From the NCBI RefSeq assembly GCF_001194135.2, contig NC_069002.1, positions 26,315,887 to 26,353,442 on the forward strand: a stretch of DNA of 37,556 bases, written 5' to 3'. Source of the stretch: Octopus bimaculoides. Its lineage: Eukaryota. Every line of letters begins with the position of its first letter. Position 1 is the first letter of the stretch. Shown in pieces: positions 36,356 to 37,556 of this stretch. The notes beneath the pieces were generated by a model that saw nothing but the letters and a program-made list of their open reading frames with translations, did not search any database and was not told where the DNA came from. Position numbers and translations under genes: made by a program.

Positions 36356-36600
36356 TTTGGCTTATCATTATTAAGAAGCAACTGGAATTTGGAAGAATCT
36401 ATTATTGTTTCTTTGACGAAATTCTTAGAACTGGAATGGTTCAAAGCTTTTGGTATGTTTGAAACAAACTGCCAAAATTGGAAATTGAATTTGATAAGAA
36501 TCTTAATTTATTTATTGTCTTTAAATTCCAACAGGAAAACGGACAACAATAATTCCATTGACAGTTCTCTATGCAAAGAGATGTTACGAAATTCTAAATA
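36356..36600 (+). other. Candidate pair of small exons (36356-36452 and 36535-~36600) of an unidentified gene
   Basis: An 82-bp GTATGT...TTCCAACAG intron-like segment (36453-36534); two frames stay open across the junction. No recognisable homology. Confidence 0.2.
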
Positions 36601-37099
36601 TGCAGTAAACCTTTTGATGGTGCCTAACATTAAACACGAAACATGTTTGAAATTTTCACATTGATTATTATTTTTCTTGGCGCACACAACAAGGAAGAGA
36701 AGTTTATTAAATTTTTATTCACGTTATTGATACCAATAAACTGCAGATGCCATTGTTAACCTTGGTTTTCTCTGCAATGCAATGTCGTTAGTACAATCAT
36801 CTCAATTCTAACCGTATTCCAAATTAATTTCTTCGAATTTTAATACGTTTATTATAATAACCTCATTCTTCAACAAAAGCGAAAACTGGATACCAGAGAT
36901 TAAATTTTTCTTTTTCCTTCCTTTTATCTATTTTCTGTTTTTTTTTTCTTTTTGCAGCGGCTTACCATCTTTTATATTGGAATGAGATGAGAAATGTTAT
37001 TTTGTTTTAATGATAAATTTAATAAAATAAATGCCTATGTTTACAATGGCATTCAGTGATATACTCTCCCCTGTCATCATGCGTAGATTCTCTTTTGAC

Positions 37100-37507
37100 T
37101 ATGTGTGTGTATGTGCACGCTAAATATATGTGTGTATGCTAAATATATATGTGTATGTGTATGCTAAATATATGTGTATGCGTGTGTGTGTGTGTGTGTG
37201 TGCATGCTATCTATATATGTGTGTGTGTATGTATATATGTGCATGCTATATATATATATGTATGTGTGTGTATGTGCATGCTAAATATATATATTATGTG
37301 TGTGTGTGTATGTGCATGCTAAATATATATATATATATATGTATGTGTGTGTATGTATGTGCATGCTAAGTATGTGTGTGTGTGCATATGTATGTATGTA
37401 TTTATACACATATATATGTATGTGTGTGTGTGTGCTTGCACATAGATATTTTATCCAACATATACACAAATCTCTCTCACAAACATGTATACATATATTT
37501 ATTTACA

Positions 37508-37556
<49 letters not shown>
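37100..37556. repeat. Compound (TA)n/(TG)n microsatellite with recurring GTGCATGCTAAATATA units
   Basis: Direct inspection. Confidence 0.9.

Overview
AT-rich, intron/intergenic-type animal DNA with six assembly gaps (N at 3899-4451, 7316-8034, 9947-10180, 14333-14774, 18792-18926, 20079-20681). The tRNA-headed SINE families and very dense (TA)n/(CA)n/(CAT)n/(AAT)n microsatellites suggest an octopus (coleoid cephalopod) genome; this is recognition from memory, not a database result. I could not identify any intact host gene. Nearly all listed ORFs are microsatellite or N-gap artefacts. What is supported is a dense set of mobile elements: a near-full-length decayed DD37D-like mariner (5502-6799); a second mariner fragment (27660-27965); a nest of three same-orientation R4/Dong-like retrotransposon pieces in (AAT)n tracts (13052-15300), one with an in-frame N-/C-terminal ORF fusion; RTE-like 3' ends, one with three C2H2 fingers; Penelope-like termini with hammerhead-like motifs; TTAA-flanked piggyBac-type MITEs in a tandem/nested cluster; a ~240-bp palindromic element; and at least three SINE families. 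A few weak exon candidates are flagged. I see no convincing evidence of a wholly new biological system. The most promising leads are the deleted Dong-like element with its 5' junction duplications and the hammerhead-like motif.
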